The notes under the pieces are model-generated. The model made no database searches, had not been told where the DNA came from, and saw nothing but the letters and a program-made list of their open reading frames with translations. Both the position numbers and the translations under genes were made by a program. Positions 63,859 to 64,000 of a stretch of DNA of 64,000 nucleotides are shown here, piece by piece; within the stretch, counting starts at the first letter, position 1; each line of letters opens with the position of its first letter. The stretch spans positions 33,232,001-33,296,000 of the forward strand of contig NC_086108.1 of assembly GCF_963921235.1 (NCBI RefSeq), read 5' to 3'. The stretch comes from Mobula hypostoma (taxonomy: Eukaryota).

Positions 63859-64000
63859 TAGAGTTTTGAACAGATTCTTTGCTCTTTTCTTCATTTCCCT
63901 CAAACCAGAGGCACAGGTTTGGTGTCCCAAGGCTTTCTTGTAATCGGTATTTTAGTCTCTGAGGAGATGAATATTACACGATGCTTGTTGACGGGACCAG

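Noticed and set aside
1-64000. CRISPR arrays, operons, rRNA or other prokaryotic systems
   Set aside because: Sequence is clearly vertebrate with spliceosomal introns; no regularly spaced direct repeats or rRNA-like segments seen.
56758-64000. ALDH9A1 exon 3 (expected ...EIA.LE..NNGKSI.EA...)
   Set aside because: No matching segment found by eye; presumed to lie beyond the right edge.

Overview
Eukaryotic (vertebrate) genomic DNA, most likely a cartilaginous fish such as a ray; the taxon is inferred from the repeat landscape, not proven. The window holds the conserved vertebrate block UCK2(-) / TMCO1(+) / ALDH9A1(+). It contains coding exon 1 of UCK2 (12700-12780), the complete 7-exon TMCO1 CDS (18099-33913; 567 nt = 188 aa + stop, all GT-AG introns) and coding exons 1-2 of ALDH9A1 (42932-43097, 56612-56757). 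The rest is introns and intergenic DNA dense in decayed CR1 and Rex1/Babar-like LINEs, tRNA-derived SINEs, and Tc1, Tigger/pogo and hAT DNA transposons. The most notable non-genic signal is a family of short, probably Penelope-like (PLE)-derived insertions. They have inverted arms and 14-19 bp target-site duplications, and they carry a minimal type I hammerhead ribozyme motif. One copy of the motif is core-intact (38602-38637, minus strand), and one insertion forms a near-perfect 75-bp hairpin in the ALDH9A1 promoter. Almost all ORFs in the supplied track are repeat-derived or spurious. Exon coordinates were counted by hand from splice sites; repeat boundaries are approximate.
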